Shown here piece by piece: positions 1 to 14,145 of a stretch of 64,000 bases of DNA. The stretch lies in the NCBI RefSeq assembly GCF_009914755.1, contig NC_060926.1, one strand, 5' to 3'. Positions within the stretch are counted from its first letter, which is position 1, and the number at the start of each line of letters is the position of its first letter. This DNA comes from the human T2T-CHM13v2.0 reference genome, Homo sapiens. The notes beneath the pieces were generated by a model. It did not search any database. It was not told where the DNA came from and was given only the letters and a program-made list of their open reading frames with translations. The position numbers and the translations under genes are program-made.

Positions 1-1190
1 TTCCTTTATAATTAAGAAATATCATTAAAGTTGGTACAGTAACTATTTTTTGCCTTTGATTTAGTGGAAGGCCAGATAGTCATCTCAACTTATGTTGAGT
101 GGAACAATCGTTGTGTCCCTCATGAAAGCATTATTGCCTTGGGAACAAAGACTTCTAAAGCAGCAGACCCCAAAGTTATGGAGACATGAGGAAAAATGTC
201 GCAAGTTTGTTATAGGAATAACAGTGAGAGTGGCTACTCTTTCATTGCTTTGATCTCCTACCCTTATATTTTGACAGTCAGAAAAACAGAGTCCTTAATT
301 GGTTGCTGGTTCACAGCATACGCTGCATTTTATAGGATTGCTTCCCAATTCTGCATGGTGGTGTCTCTGAGCTAGTGCCACAACTAAGTTGTTAACAGGC
401 CACTGCAATATTCTAGGATATTCAGTGGTTTCTGCATGATGGGAAAAATGGTAAGAACAGTGAACACCAAGGGCACAAGTCCATTGCCTTATTCATTCTG
501 CTGAAATGAATTTCTTTGTGAGAAGCGATGTTATGTGGAAGCAATATGATGGCAATAATTAAGTCATTCAGTGGGTTCAGTGATGACAGTCCAGCAGAGC
601 ATCAGGGACAGAGAAGACAAATCCAAATCACTAAAATAGAGCTGAGATGGATGAATTGACTCACTCTATTTTAGTGAGGACAAACTACTGACCCTTCACT
701 AGAAGGGAACTGCCACCAGGTATCTGGCTGGTTCTTTATGGAACCATGCCATATTATGGACTCGGTTTCCATCCCTAATTTCAGCAGGTGGGGCATTTAG
801 CAATGGTAACAGCCAGCAGAGATTGTATTGTTGAGCTGATGTGTAATGTCAATCCATGTCCTGGCCACACTGCTCAGCAGCCCATTGAGCAGGCACTGGG
901 GAGTTGGGCAAAGACACTGACTTGCCTAGAAGGAATTATCATCTCCACTTGATTACTAGACCAACCTTTGCAGTAGATGCCCTTTGGTAAAGAGTCACAT
1001 GGGACACAGATATCTCCACACTCTGTGCTCCTTCTGGTAAGTTCATCTCCCTCCCTCTTCCTCAAAACTCTTTGCTAACATTTCTTTGATCTAACTCCTT
1101 TGAAACCTTCACCCATGTAGCCAAACCATTGGTTACAGCTCATGAATCAGTGTAGCTCTACACCTTTGGCCATCTCTCCTTCCAGGCACA
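1..1190 (-). mobile_element. Decayed ERVL-class internal sequence, pol (RNase H and integrase)
   Basis: Minus strand reads AWKERWPKV..YTDS*AVTNGLA (~1190-1115), (V)EISVSHV (~1020-990) and LEVFVP (~160-140). These match ERVL pol motifs, with stops and frameshifts. Confidence 0.8.
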
Positions 1191-1580
1191 GTTTGATCCT
1201 ACAGGTTATAGTCATCTAACCAAAGTTGACTTCACAGCTAGACCACATTTTTAATGTAAGTGTTAGAACCCTGGTTGAGAAAGAGCAGGACCTGAGAATC
1301 AGAATGGGGATGTTTGCCTAGATTCTGATGAAGCTGATACTTTAGGCCTCCACTTTTTGCCAGGCTGTCTTTGTCAGCAGAAGAGGCCTCTTCTTGCCTC
1401 TCTGAAGAGGTCAGCTCTCCCTTGTGTGGGGACACTGTGATGTCCTTCCTAGGCCTTTCACTGATAAGGAGATGCAGATTTCCTCAAGGGCCATCCCTAT
1501 CGCCCTGCATTGCCTTCAGACTCTTAACTGTGGGTAGAGCCCCACAGACTCCAGGGAGAGAGAGAAGTGAGAGCTGTTGA
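1191..1580 (+). mobile_element. Decayed ERVL-class gag fragment
   Basis: gttagaaccctggttgagaaagagcaggacctgagaatcagaatggggatg...ctgatgaagctg and gatttcctcaagg...ttgccttcagactcttaact resemble recalled ERVL gag consensus on the + strand. Confidence 0.65.
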
Positions 1581-1589
1581 TGAGCTCAG

Positions 1590-1850
1590 CGGCTCATCGC
1601 CCAAGGGTGTGATTCATAGGGAAGGTTCCAGAAACTGTGCAGTGCCTCATGCTCATCTGCCAGCTGCTGGAACCATGATGGCTTCTGCTTCTTTTTCCAC
1701 CCCAGATCTTTCATGAGTGTTTCTCATTGGAAGATTCAAAAAAGGCACCATGCTAGCAAAACAGTCTGGGAAATGTGGGTTTTGGCCTCTGCCTATGTGC
1801 CATAGGGGAGAGCCTAGGATAGCAGAGATAGTGACAAGGGCTGACAGCCA
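1590..1850. mobile_element. Old MaLR (MLT1-like) LTR fragment
   Basis: ctcattgg...tctgggaaatgtgggtttt motif typical of MLT1 LTRs; boundaries approximate. Confidence 0.4.
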
Positions 1851-1915
1851 TTTTCACCTTGCAGGACCTGGTACCTAAGGCACTCACTTGTGAGCAGAAG
1901 CAGAGGTGGTGTTAG

Positions 1916-2620
1916 TGTAACTGCCCAATAGGTTCTCCTTGTCTGCTGCCTAGACAGAGCCTATTTATCAAGACAGGAGGATTGCAATAGAGAAAGAGTT
2001 TAATTCACACAGACTGGCTGTGCAGGAGACTGGAGTTTTATTATTACTCAAATCAGTCTCCCTACAAACTTGGGAATTGGGTTTTTTAAGGATAATTTGG
2101 TGGATAGGGGGCCGGGAAGTCGGGGGAGTGCTGATTGGTTGAGTCAGAGATGAAATCGTAGGGAGTCGAAGCTGTCTTCTTGTGTTGAGTCCGTTCCTGG
2201 GTGGGGGCCACAAGACCAGATTAGCTAGTTTATCGATTTTGGTGGTGCCAGCTGATCCATTGAGTACAGGGGCTGCAAAATATCTCAAGCACTGGTCTTA
2301 GGTTTTACACCAGGGATGTTATCCCCAGGAGCAAATTGGGGAGGTTCAGAATCTTGTAGCCTCCAACTACATGACTCCTAAACCACAATTTCTAATCCTG
2401 TGGCTAATTTGTTAGCCCTGCAAAGGCAGTATCGTTCCCTGGCAAAAAGGAGTTTTGTTTTGGGGAAGAGCTCTTATCGTCCTTGTTTCAAAATTAAACT
2501 ATAGAGTAAGTTCCCTGCAAAGTTAGTTCAGCCTATGCCCAGGAATGAACCATGACAGCTCGGAGGTTAGAAGCAAGATCATAATTTTCTCAGTTATAAT
2601 TTTTTGCAAAGGCAGTTTCA
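1916..2620 (-). mobile_element. Solo ERV1 LTR, LTR8 family
   Basis: Starts tgtaactgcccaa...gctgcctagacagagcc and ends ttttgcaaaggcagtttca (TG...CA). Flanks ttag/atag form a 4-bp TSD with 1 mismatch. Confidence 0.9.
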
Positions 2621-3139
2621 ATAGAGGGAAGGGGGATGATTTCTGTAAACTATCTGGGAGTTTAGAAATGCGATACAGAAAATAGCTTGTGTCGGGCAAA
2701 AGTCTTATCACCACTAGAAATAGTTTCACAATTGTTCTTGCTTGCAAGGGTAGTTTCCAAGGACAGAAAAGTAATATAGTTGGTTTCTTCTAAATGTCTT
2801 ATATCCTGGTGGAAACTAGTTTCTAAAAATGAATATATTTTCAAAGATTACTTGAAAGCTGTTAAAAGTTGGGCTCTCATATGAAAGGAAACAATTCTTT
2901 ATGGGGATTTGCTAGAGTTGTTTTTGTTTATAGAAACACTGAAGTCTTTCTCTCACTGATGCATTTTCTCCTGGGCATGAAATGTGTTCCTGCTGAAGCC
3001 AGAAGAGTGATATAGCCAAGAAGTGAGTGAGACACATGTGTTCCTTAAGAGGTTTTGACAAAGCTTCCGGAAGGGGGCATCTGTTATTAACAGTGGGAGC
3101 TATATTGCACTCTTTTGTTTCTCTTGGTCCATGCTGAGA

Positions 3140-4140
3140 AACAAGCCCAAATATCCCCATTCAGTATGATCGCTGAAATCTGAGCTCCCTGGAAAAGAAT
3201 AGGGATTTAACACTTGAAATATGTGTACTTTCTTGGCATCGGTGTGCAGAATGTCTGAATCCTGACTCATGCATCTCTGGTGACTCCTGATTAACATTTT
3301 AACCCTCAGTTTTGAGCCACTGGGGAGAATGTTGGTATTCTTACGGCTTCTGTAATAATAGGGAACAGGGATTCTGATCCAGCCCTCATAAGCAAACTCA
3401 GCTATGTCTGCAAGGCACTTTTGATCTGCCTTCGTATATAGAAACCAAAGACTCCAGAACAAATTGGACCTGTGTCAAGATCCTCTTTAAGAAACTAAAA
3501 GTGGGAGCTTTTCACTAGAAAAGGGGATCCCACAGCTGGGCCACACCCTACAGTTGCAGAGTTGTCAAGAGTCAGATTATGGATATTGGGGAGTCACAAT
3601 GGGGCAGGAAGATGGCACTGAAGGTTGAAATGGGGCAGAAAATGAGAGGTGCAAGAAAGAGCTCACCCAGGAACTACCGGAGGAGAATCTACTGTGATTC
3701 CAGCAGCAGGCCAGCGCGAGTGGTACGGATCTATATCATGGGCAGTGGTCATGTCCTGGGCTTGCTTCTCCAGTTTATGTCTGTGGAAGCAGAGCTGGTG
3801 AATCCCAGCAACAGTGCCAGGCTTGCTGACCCATAAGACATGGTTGTGCTCAGGAATTGTACGACTGGATGGCTCTGAGGTGCCTGTGATGAAAGGCTTC
3901 CACCTGCAGAGACGTCTTTTCTTTGTAACAGCTCTTCTATGACTACTTCCTCTGAGGGCGACCTGTGTGGGGTGGGGACTAGCTTTCTGGATGTGGGGCA
4001 TATGTGTGTGGCCTTGGCCTCTAACAAGTGTGCCTCAACTCACTTCGTTAGGGTAGGTCCTGGTGGCTTTGTATGATCTCACTGCTGTTGGAGTCCATTA
4101 CCAGCCAAGGGAATCATCAAGTTGAAGTGAGTGAGGGCAC
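3140..4140 (+). mobile_element. Possible highly decayed ERVL-type internal fragments
   Basis: ggaaaagaatagggatttaacacttgaaat (~3191) resembles ERVL gag; the remainder is only weakly similar. Confidence 0.3.
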
Positions 4141-4144
4141 CATT

Positions 4145-4680
4145 GGGGCTGTTTCAGTTACAAGTGACAGAAATTCAATCGAGTTGACTTTAGTTGCTTT
4201 TTAAAAATGAGCTTTATTGCCTCATATATTTGAAACAGGGCACAGGTAGACCTGGCTTCAAAAACATCAGAAGACATAGAATCAAATGATGCCGTGACTC
4301 ACCGGGACGCAAATGTTCTCTCTCACTGTCTCTGTGACCCTCAGAGAAGTTCTCTTTTCTGGGCTCAAGGCTTACAAATTTGCAAGTCTGGGTCTAGATG
4401 TAAAGTAAGTGTATTTGTTCTCAGTTGTTGTGGTTTGAGTTCCAAGATTGAGTCTTTTGGACCAGATTAGACCACATGAGTATCTCTGGTCTAATGTCTC
4501 AAGCCAGGGGGATTCGATGTTCTGACTGGTTGGGCCTTGCTCATGTATCCACCCCCAGAGCCAGGAGTACAATGATTACACCTGAGCCACTTGAACTGGA
4601 CGTGTGGAGGGTGGGTGGTCCCTCAAAGTAAATTAGGGCCAGTTATCAGAAGAAGGGGCAGGAAAAAGTAGCAAATGCAT
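4145..4680 (-). mobile_element. MLT1J/K-type MaLR LTR
   Basis: tttcagttacaagtgacagaaa...ctttattgcctcatat...ctggcttca and ctgactggttgggcctt motifs. Confidence 0.6.
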
Positions 4681-7600
4681 TCTGAGAGTGTCAGGAGATT
4701 AGGTCAGAGGGCTAGCTCATGAAGTATCTAGCATAGCAGGGGCTCCATGACTAATATCATTTGATTACAGTGACTGCGTGAAGCACAGTGTTGAGAAGGA
4801 TTCTGAAGCTGAATTATTGCATCTCCATGTGCAGTAGTTGGTAAGCAATGCCTATCATGGACGCAGAAGGGCTCGCCGGTGCTATAAGTGCCACGTGTTT
4901 GCCAATCCTGATGTAGAAAATGCTTTAAGTTGGCCGGGCAGATCAGGGATGCCTTTAAAGTGAAAAGGTTTCTTTTTCTCTTGGAGAAAGATAACATGGA
5001 AATACCATTTCCTGCTGAAGATGAGCAATATATTTAAATATCTCTTGCTTTGATGAAGTTCTGTGTGTACCCTGCCCCGATCTTCCTTCTGTGGAAATCA
5101 AGGTAATGCAGAGAGCTTGGTAAGTATTTTCAAGATCTGAGTATGAACTGCAGGCTCGCAGTGTCTGGGGAGAGCTTGAATGCCTTTGCTTGTGGCAAAC
5201 TTACACTGTGAACAAGCCAATTGTGTGGAAGATGTAAAATGTTTCCAAGTGCATTTCTTATCTTGACAAACTCCTCCACTAACAGCCAGGGAGCAGAGAT
5301 CTACTTAGCAGTCAGAGGGAACAGGAGTTAACCATGGGAAGTTGGGATGCTAACAGCCCCAGGCTCTCCACCCTCTGTGCTGCACAGCAGTCAGCTGAAT
5401 CTTTCCCAGCCCTGTGGCTGGCACCCCGTAGCTCTGGGCCTCATTATACATGCTCCTTGTGCCCACTCTTCCCTGCTCTGCATTTCCTCCTTCATGTGCC
5501 TGACATTTCCTAATGAAGATGTTTAACTTCATTTTTCACCACTGGTGTTCAGGCACAAGTCAGTTTCCACTGATGCTCTGGCTTCTGAAGGCCCCAACAG
5601 CATGTGGCCACCAGGATTTGGGCTCAGAGAGACATTCTTGGGGGAGTGCCCCCCAGGACCCTTTCAAAACAGCTCTGGTCATTGGTACCAGGCATGAGGA
5701 CACAGAGATAAACATGGCCAGTTCCTGCTCTCCAAGAATGTCAAGTCCTTTTGCAAAGACCGACTCTCCATGAGTGACTCACACTGCAGAACACCGAGTT
5801 CAAGAGTGGATGGGGATACGAAAGCATGCATCTGAAGAGTCTGCTTGAAAGACACAATAATGAGTGTGTATGCTTACCCTACTTTCTGATGCTCATGGCC
5901 TGAGGTTGGCAGGACCTGGAAATTTATAATTGTTGTTTCTTTTTACAGACAAGGAAACCAGAGTTTAGATTGCATATCCATTCACTCATTCTTTTAGCTT
6001 TTTTCTAGTACCCACTATAAGTCAAACATATTGCTAAGTGCTTAAGACACAAGAGGTGTAGCTGTCCTTGCCACCACTGAGCTGGAGATGCTCACATTTA
6101 TCCCTGCACACTCACACCCACTCAGTGCCTGAATCTGGGGGCAAATCAGTCACTGCTCTGTATCAAGCTCCCTTCTTAAGACTCTGTATTGTGTATTTCA
6201 CTGGAATGCAACCACAAAGAGAGCTTTCCTAAAATGATCTCCTCCTGAAAACAGTGCAGGAGGTTTTGCAATATTTCTTTCTTGAACATTTCTCTAAAGC
6301 TTTTCCCTGAATGGAGAAGGGCCCCTGGCTATACAGATGCAGGTGGAAACTACTGGTGTGAAGTTATCCTGTGAACAAATAAAGTTGACTTCCTAAAATT
6401 TCCCTGTTCAAATAGTTGTTGACATATCCTTGAAGATTTTTAAAAGAATGATCTATAAACATCGCACTTCAGAGTTATGTTTGCAAGGCCATCTATTATG
6501 TTTACAAAGAAGATCTTGAGGTAGGAATCTCTGGGTTCTGCAGGTGCTGCGTGAACCCCAGCAGGGCCATTCCAGATGCTCCACAGGACAGCGCTGAACG
6601 CACCGCAGTGAGCCTGGGAGGCCCTGGGCTACTGCTGCCTCCCCTTCTCTGGGCTGAACATCAAGGTAGTGCTTCTGTGTTCTTCTCCCAACTTGTGCAA
6701 GAAAGGACATTAAAGTTATTTTTATGAAATTGCCTAACACAATGGCTAAGCCAGTGATTTGTTCAGACTCGTTTTTACCACTTACCTGAAAAGTTATTGA
6801 TAAGGATGTTTTTAAGCTAATGTAGAGAACGTTCTTATTTTGCTCTTCCAGGGTCAGGCTGTTCTAGCTAGAGATAGAAAAGAGTGAGGTAACTTATGAG
6901 CACACTTTTGAATGAATTCTGCCAGTTCTACAAGACAGCACAAAACCTCCGTCTCACAGCGCTGAGAAGACCGTCTGTATGGACCCACAAAAGGCTCTCT
7001 GGACAGCCATGATCCTGTGACCCACAAGCCATGTGTCTGGGGATTGATAGGACGAGGAGCGTTGCCAACAGATGGCTTTGCCCTTTCATGCACTGTCTTC
7101 CCCTGGGAGCTTGGAGGGGCTTGGGAGGCAGAACCAAGAGTCCAAAGCTGAGTGGAGAATGGTGCTGTGGAATATGCTGTCCTGCCTGTCATTTCTGTGC
7201 CTAATAAATGTATCTGGGGACTCAGAGACAACCGAGAACCCTTCCCACAAAGCTAACAAACTTAGCTTTCTCAACCAGAGCACACTGTTTGAGAATATTT
7301 AGGACTCAGTTATACCAAGTCCATTTAGATTTTTAAAAATAAATTCTTAAACCTCTCTGCATGACCTGCTGTCCTGATAGAGGATAGCGAGTGGTTAATT
7401 AACTTAATCTCATAGTTTTCAAGTAATATAAAACACAACCCAATATAAAGCAGGATCCGATTATGGACATGGAATTGCTGTCTTCTAGGCTTGTGCTTGT
7501 GTGTTATCATGAACTCTTTTCTGAGGAAGAGGCTGATTACTCCAGCATCCTTTGTAGTGAAGGGCCACATGGAACTGTGAATAAAGGAGAACAAGAGGGT

Positions 7601-10419
7601 GGGTGAGGGGGACCTTCTGACACAAGCAGCCTTACACACAATTGAGGGCAAAGCTTCTGGTAGGCTTTGCTCATGTCACGTGTTACTTATGAAGTGTCAG
7701 CTATGAACAAAGGCTCAGATGTGCTTGTTGTCATGCGGTCCTTCATAGCTCTCCAGTGCAGCAGGGCTGGTGTGGTCCAAGACTGGAATTCTGGTGCTGC
7801 TGCCCACTGGGTTGGGAAATGGCCATGTCTGCTTTTTCTCGGGGGCTTGTTTCACCTGTGCTGGATCCACAGCCGGTGGAGCTCCTTGTGGGTTTTGTGC
7901 TGACTTCTGCTGCTGGTGCCCTCTGTTGCTGGTGGTCTCTGGTGCTGGCAGAGTCTCCTTTCTGACTGTCAGGAGGCAGAATAATGGCCCTCATGGGCCA
8001 TGGGGTTGGCCACCACTGTGAGCTCCTGGAGTGGGGACCCTCTCTCTTCCCTTATCCCAGCACGGCCCAAACTACAGCTCCTGGATGGGGTATGTATGTC
8101 TCCGTGGGCTCCCTCTTCAGCCTGTGAGTCCTGGTCTGTCTGCGTCCCAGCTACCCTTGATGACCTTTTCCAGGCTCACAGTACACTGAGGATCTTTTGC
8201 ACATTAGCCTTGGCTCTGGGGAATATGGAGGGTGACATTTTCCTTCTTCTGACTTGCTTTGTTCCTCTGACATTTCCAACCTGTGGCCATGTCCAACCTA
8301 GGTGCCATGTTGTATGGGGTCATTGTCTAAGTGCTTTTGAAAGTTTTCCATCTGTATCTGGGAAAGCGCACACAAAGCTTCATTTTTATAGTATTCTCCT
8401 AAAATTTGTCTGTGATTCTGCTTCAGATTTGGTCTCATAAGTGAAGGAGAGAAAGGAAGAGAGTAGGAGAGAGAGAGAGGAGAGTTCCTCTCTTTCCCTC
8501 TCTGTGGCTTCTCTCAGGTTCCCTCCTGGAGCCAAGAGGACTGTGTTCCTCTTCTCCTTCCTGCCTTACAGGGCTTTCCCTGTGTCATAACCTTCTTCCT
8601 GAGGTGGCACTCACCTTTTCTTTTCCTGGGGCTGAAATACAAAAAAAAAAAACCAACACAAAAATTGAAAAAAAAAACCCACACCAAAAAGCCAGGATAT
8701 TCAAAACAGCAGAGGATATTTCAAAAATTATCCTGTTAGTAAAACAATTAAAAATTAAAAGAGAGCAAGAAGTTTCCCCCTTTCCCCTTTCTTCTGAGAA
8801 ACAAATGGGGAAGTGAGTGGAAAGAATGATTCCCCAAGGTCATAGATGAAAGACCTGCACATCCACACATGATTCAAGGTGTTGAGGTTCCACCCACCTG
8901 GAAAGACAATTAAAGGGTTCAGGAGAAAAATACTTTTCTTTGAAAGATATGGAAGTGCTGGGCCTTTGGTTTCTCTTTTCTCTCCAGTTGTGTCCTGTGT
9001 TTTTGTGAAATGCCCTTTCAACTCTCACCGCCTTTCCCCAGTTGAGGCCACCTTGGACCTGGGCACCAGATCAATAAGAGATGGCATGAGAGGTCATTAA
9101 AAATGCCATGGCAGAGTGCCTCACCCAATTGCCTGTCTTTCTAGGTGAGATCCTTCTCATCACTCCTAGCGCTCATCCTTGATGGTCAACCTGTTTCCCT
9201 GGGGGCTGTTTGTTATCTACCAGCCAAACATTATTTCCTTAGACCCTTAAGCAACAAAGATCACCTGTTCCTGGTGACCTGCATTGAAAGTTGAAAGGTT
9301 TTGTGTTCAGATGGACCTCCTTTTGGGGTGTGAGCTGGTTTGAACAAATGGAAAAGAGGACAGGACGGAGAACTGGGTTCTCACCTACCTACTGGGGGAT
9401 TCTGAGCAAGGTGCTGAACTTTGCTGAGTCTCAGTGCCCTTCAGCAAAATTTGGCAGTGCAGCAGGGTGCCAAGGGTTCCAGCCTGTCTTGGAGGCTGAG
9501 CTGCAGGCAAAGGTCTGGGGCCTTTTAGCTGTTAGGACTGGTCCACGGCAGACTAAATTGACTGCGGCTTTCCGTTTTGTCACCACTGGCTTGATGTCAT
9601 TTTTATAGAAGCTCTGCTTTTTTTAAAGGATATTTTTTCATCCAGCAACTTGTCTTGTGATGCCCTCTTTATTATTTCCTCCTCCTGCTATTTAGCACTG
9701 ACTTTCCGCAGATGCTTCCACAGCCCACTGTCATCCATCAGACTGATTTCCTCTGAATCTGTCTCTAGCAGGAGCTCCTTGGATGGCCTCCTTTTGTCAT
9801 GGTATGACAAGATGACTTTAGCAGGCCAGTCCCCACTGATAATTCACTTGCAGGAGATGGACCCTGCTGCTGGATTCCCCTTTCCTCCTTCTGATGCCAT
9901 TGCACTCTCCATTGATATGATCTGATGCTACACATGCCACAGAACGTGAAAAGATCATGATGCCTCTTTCTTTGGAAAGTTAAACAAGCACCTTCCAATT
10001 TTTGATGCTGCCTTTCTTCCACAAAAGTTACCTGGAGAGTGGTTGATTTTCTTCTCTTGAGGCAGTTCTCAAAAGAGAGAGGAGATAAGATTGTGTTATT
10101 GAGTGCCACCCTTGTGCTTGGCCTTAGACCAGCTGTAGAAGGAATGCGGGATCTTGCCTTGTGAACTCACATCATAAAAAAAGGTGGATCAAATAGCTCT
10201 CCAGAAGTGTGGAGAAGTCTCTGCAGTGGCCTGCAGTGCTTGCTGTACTTGAATACTTTGTAAGTTGTTCCTTCCTAGTCATTTAAAGTCTTCTGAAATG
10301 TCTTTTCTTTCTTTCCCACTCATTCTTTGGAAATGAAGGGTTATTAATGCTAATAAAAATTACTTTTGAAAATTTTGATAATAATAATGATAATAATTTC
10401 TATGAGACTAATGATATAA

Positions 10420-10650
10420 TAGCTACCATTTTGTTAGCATTGAGTATGCATTAGGCATGCTATATGCATTATTGTGTTGAATTCTTGCCATCATCCTGCA
10501 AGACAGGAATTATTATCTCCAGAGTTTAGCTAGAAAAGCAAGGCTCAGGGCAATTAAGCGATTTGTCCAAAAATGCTGAGCCAGCAACAATGGCAGGTGC
10601 AGATCCAAACCCAGGGCTTTTTGACTTCAAAGTCTGTGCCCTTTCCTGTA
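10420..10650 (-). mobile_element. MIR SINE
   Basis: attattatctcc...gaaaagcaaggctcagggcaattaagcgatttgtccaa...atccaaacccagg core. Confidence 0.75.
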
Positions 10651-11186
10651 TTTTAAACTGCACCTTAATTCACTTTTATTGTAGATCTTTTCTCTTTCTC
10701 TGGTCTCCGTTGTCAGGGTAGATACTACTTCTTAGATTTTCATTAAAAGGCTTAATAGAAGCAGTAGGTCAAAGCTTTGGGCAGCAACAGCCTGGAATAA
10801 ATGGAACAGCAGCAGCAGCAGGCCTGAAATCTGGTCACACATCAGAAGACTTGGTAGGCTTGGGAGACAGCCACATATGCACATACGCACCACACTGTGA
10901 TTCATTTGCTTTATTTTAGAAAAAAATAGTTTCATTTTCATTGTGAGAGATTCAAATAATGCAGAAGTATGCAGAAAAATATCACTCAAAGCCCTGAGGA
11001 AAATTTTTTAAAAGTACAGATGCCTGTGGCTTACCTTGGAGATTTTGACCGGGGGATCATGAATGAGGTCTGATGGGGGGTGGTTCTGTATTTAAACAAG
11101 CAGTAGAGGTCATTTTGATCCCCAGCCAGAGAGAAAGAGCCATGTCCTCCTCTAGACTAAGACTAGGGCTTGCAACAGTGATTTGA

Positions 11187-11595
<409 letters not shown>

Positions 11596-11899
11596 TCTGG
11601 TCCCTTCTAACCCTAGTGGTCTCTTTCTGAGGGGAAATGGGGCTGCCAGGGGCAGGGGAAGAGAAGTACTAGAATGGAAAGTGATGATGAGAGAGTCTGC
11701 ATGTGCTGTGTAATGTCCATTCCATCCCTTAAGATCCAATGCCTGAAATTTGCATGGCAAACCTTCAATATATCTCACTTTCCCAGACAATTGCATTATC
11801 TTCTTTCTGAGATGCAATATGATGCAGTGAAGGGAATCTCCCTGCAGGAGTCAGACATACTTGGCTGAGAATTGGGTCTTTTCCCTTTACTGGCTGTGT

Positions 11900-12120
11900 A
11901 GGGACCCAATGGGAGTCAGTAGCCCTGCCATCAGACTTCTATGCTTGCATCCAACCCTGCCACCTATCTGGGCAAGCTATATATCTCTAAGCCTTAAAAT
12001 CCTTACTTGTGAAGTGAGGATGAGTAGATAGGTATTGCCTAGGTTTGTATGAGAGTTAAATGAGATAATCCATGCACAATGCTCTAGGTAGTACCTAAGA
12101 ATTCAGTATGTTGTTTATCT
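11900..12120 (+). mobile_element. MIR SINE
   Basis: ctgggcaag...tctctaagcct...tgtgaagtgaggatg...ttaaatgagataatccatg. Confidence 0.65.
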
Positions 12121-13783
12121 TGTGCAAGGTATTTAACTTTTCTTGAAAGTGAGCTCTTTCCTGAAATTTACCTGCAAAACTTATACCAAATGTGCCTGGT
12201 TCATTGTAGGTATGCAATGAGCTCTAAATCCTTTTTTCTTTGTTCTGAATGTGTGGACTACAAGAAAAAGTTTTAGGGCCAAGTCAAGTCAAGATCCTGT
12301 GGTTTAAGCTGTGGAGAGGGCATCGCTTGAGATTCGCAACCTTTGCACACAGATTTACTTTCATTTGCCTCTTTAAGGTTATGGAATGCTCAACTCTCCT
12401 CCAGGTCCCAAAGAGGCAAGAGGCCTTTCAAAAAAGGTAAATGCCTTGAAGATAGCACCACTTGGTCAAGTGGAGATGCCAGCTTATCCATCCTAAAGAG
12501 AAAGAGTCTCTTCTATAGCCATTATAAGGAGACCTGCGGACAGTTCTAAGTGGTGCAAGTTATAGATGTAATTCATGGATACTCAGGTTATTTAATTTGA
12601 TTGGTGCCCTGGAAAGATATCTTGGCTGACTAAAGCATAATAGAGACAGGTAGAAGACTGTCTGAGGAAGTTCCTTGACCTTGTCTCTATGTCTATTTGT
12701 GTGCATATAAAACCAAGGTATAGAAGAAAGACTAAATTAAAAAAAAAAACCTTCAGAAACTTGTGGTGGTTATAGAGCAGTTTCCTGCCTGAGAGAAGCA
12801 TTTGCAAAACAGCTTTTTAAACTCCTCTCTCCAACTCTGCCTGCTTTTCCCTTTGGCAGATTGGCTCATCCATCCTCGAGCCTGCCCACAGGCCTGTTGC
12901 CCTGCAAAATCTCAGACAGATGGGTGACTGTCCTCCTTTTCAGAGGTTTCCTGAGAAATAGATCATCCACATTCTCTGTAACCCATACCCACACCGTGCG
13001 CCCGGTAAGAATGTCTCAAATTAGCATAGCTTTCAAAAGAAGAGTAGTTGGTAGTCCAGCTCCATGTTGGGTGACATGGATTATGCATCTTAGAATAAAA
13101 GAGGCATGAAAATCAAATATGTAAGTGTCAGAACAAACTGACTCAACTCAATGCCCTGTGACCTCACTGTTATTCCTGATAATACCAGCTATTCTTCTTA
13201 TGGAAAACCACCTTCACTTCCAGTAGCTACTTTTCAATTAGATCAAATGCTGCATTGTTATATGTAATATGTAAGTCAATTATATGATCAGGACCTCAAT
13301 TCTAGGATATGAAAAAATACTTTTCCCTCTGCAGGGCTGGCCCTTAGTGTAGAAGAGTTAGCAGTTATCTCCTGGGTGTGACTTGAGTTGATCCAGAGTC
13401 CCCAGTGGTTAGGATTTTCATAGCCCATACATTTTGAATTCCCCTGTTCAATACCCATACACAAATAGGCTCTCATATTATGCCAGCAATTCTCCCCAAA
13501 TAAACTGCGTATATTTACCTGGGAGTTTTCAAACCTGGTGCTGTCAGATGACCGTAGGCTTGCTGGGTCAGTGCAAAATCAATGGCAACAGAGTTGCCTG
13601 ACTTAGTGGAATTGAGCACTCCCATCTGCTTTGATGGCGGGTCCCCTCTGGTCTCTGCTTCCATACTGGGAACTTTCTGCCCCTGGTTTCCTGATGCCAT
13701 TCCATCTCCAGACCAGATTATCCCATTATGATAACTAACATTACTGACCCTGTGTGGTCAGTGTCCCTGTCTGGCACACCGAC

Positions 13784-14145
13784 TGATATGGTTTGGCTGT
13801 GTCTCCACCCAAATCTCATCTTGAATTGTAGGTCCGATAATTCCCATCTGTTGTGGGAGGGAGCTGGTGGGGGATAATTGAATCATGTGGGCAGTTTCCC
13901 CCATACTGTTCTTGTGGTAGTGAATAAGTCTCATGAGATCTGATGATTTTATAGGGGGTTTCTCCTTTCTCTTGGCTGTAATTCTCTCTTGTTTACCACC
14001 ATGTAAGATGTGCCTTTTGCCTTCTGCCATGATTGTGAGGCCTCTCCAGCCACCTGGAACTGTGAGTCCATTAAACCTCTTTTTCTTTATAAATTACCCA
14101 GTCTCAAGTATGTCTTTATCAGAAGCATGAAAATGGACTAATACA
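13784..14145 (+). mobile_element. Solo THE1 (MaLR) LTR
   Basis: tgatatggtttggctgtgtc...gaaaatggactaataca; 5-bp TSD ccgac/ctgac (CpG decay). Confidence 0.95.
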
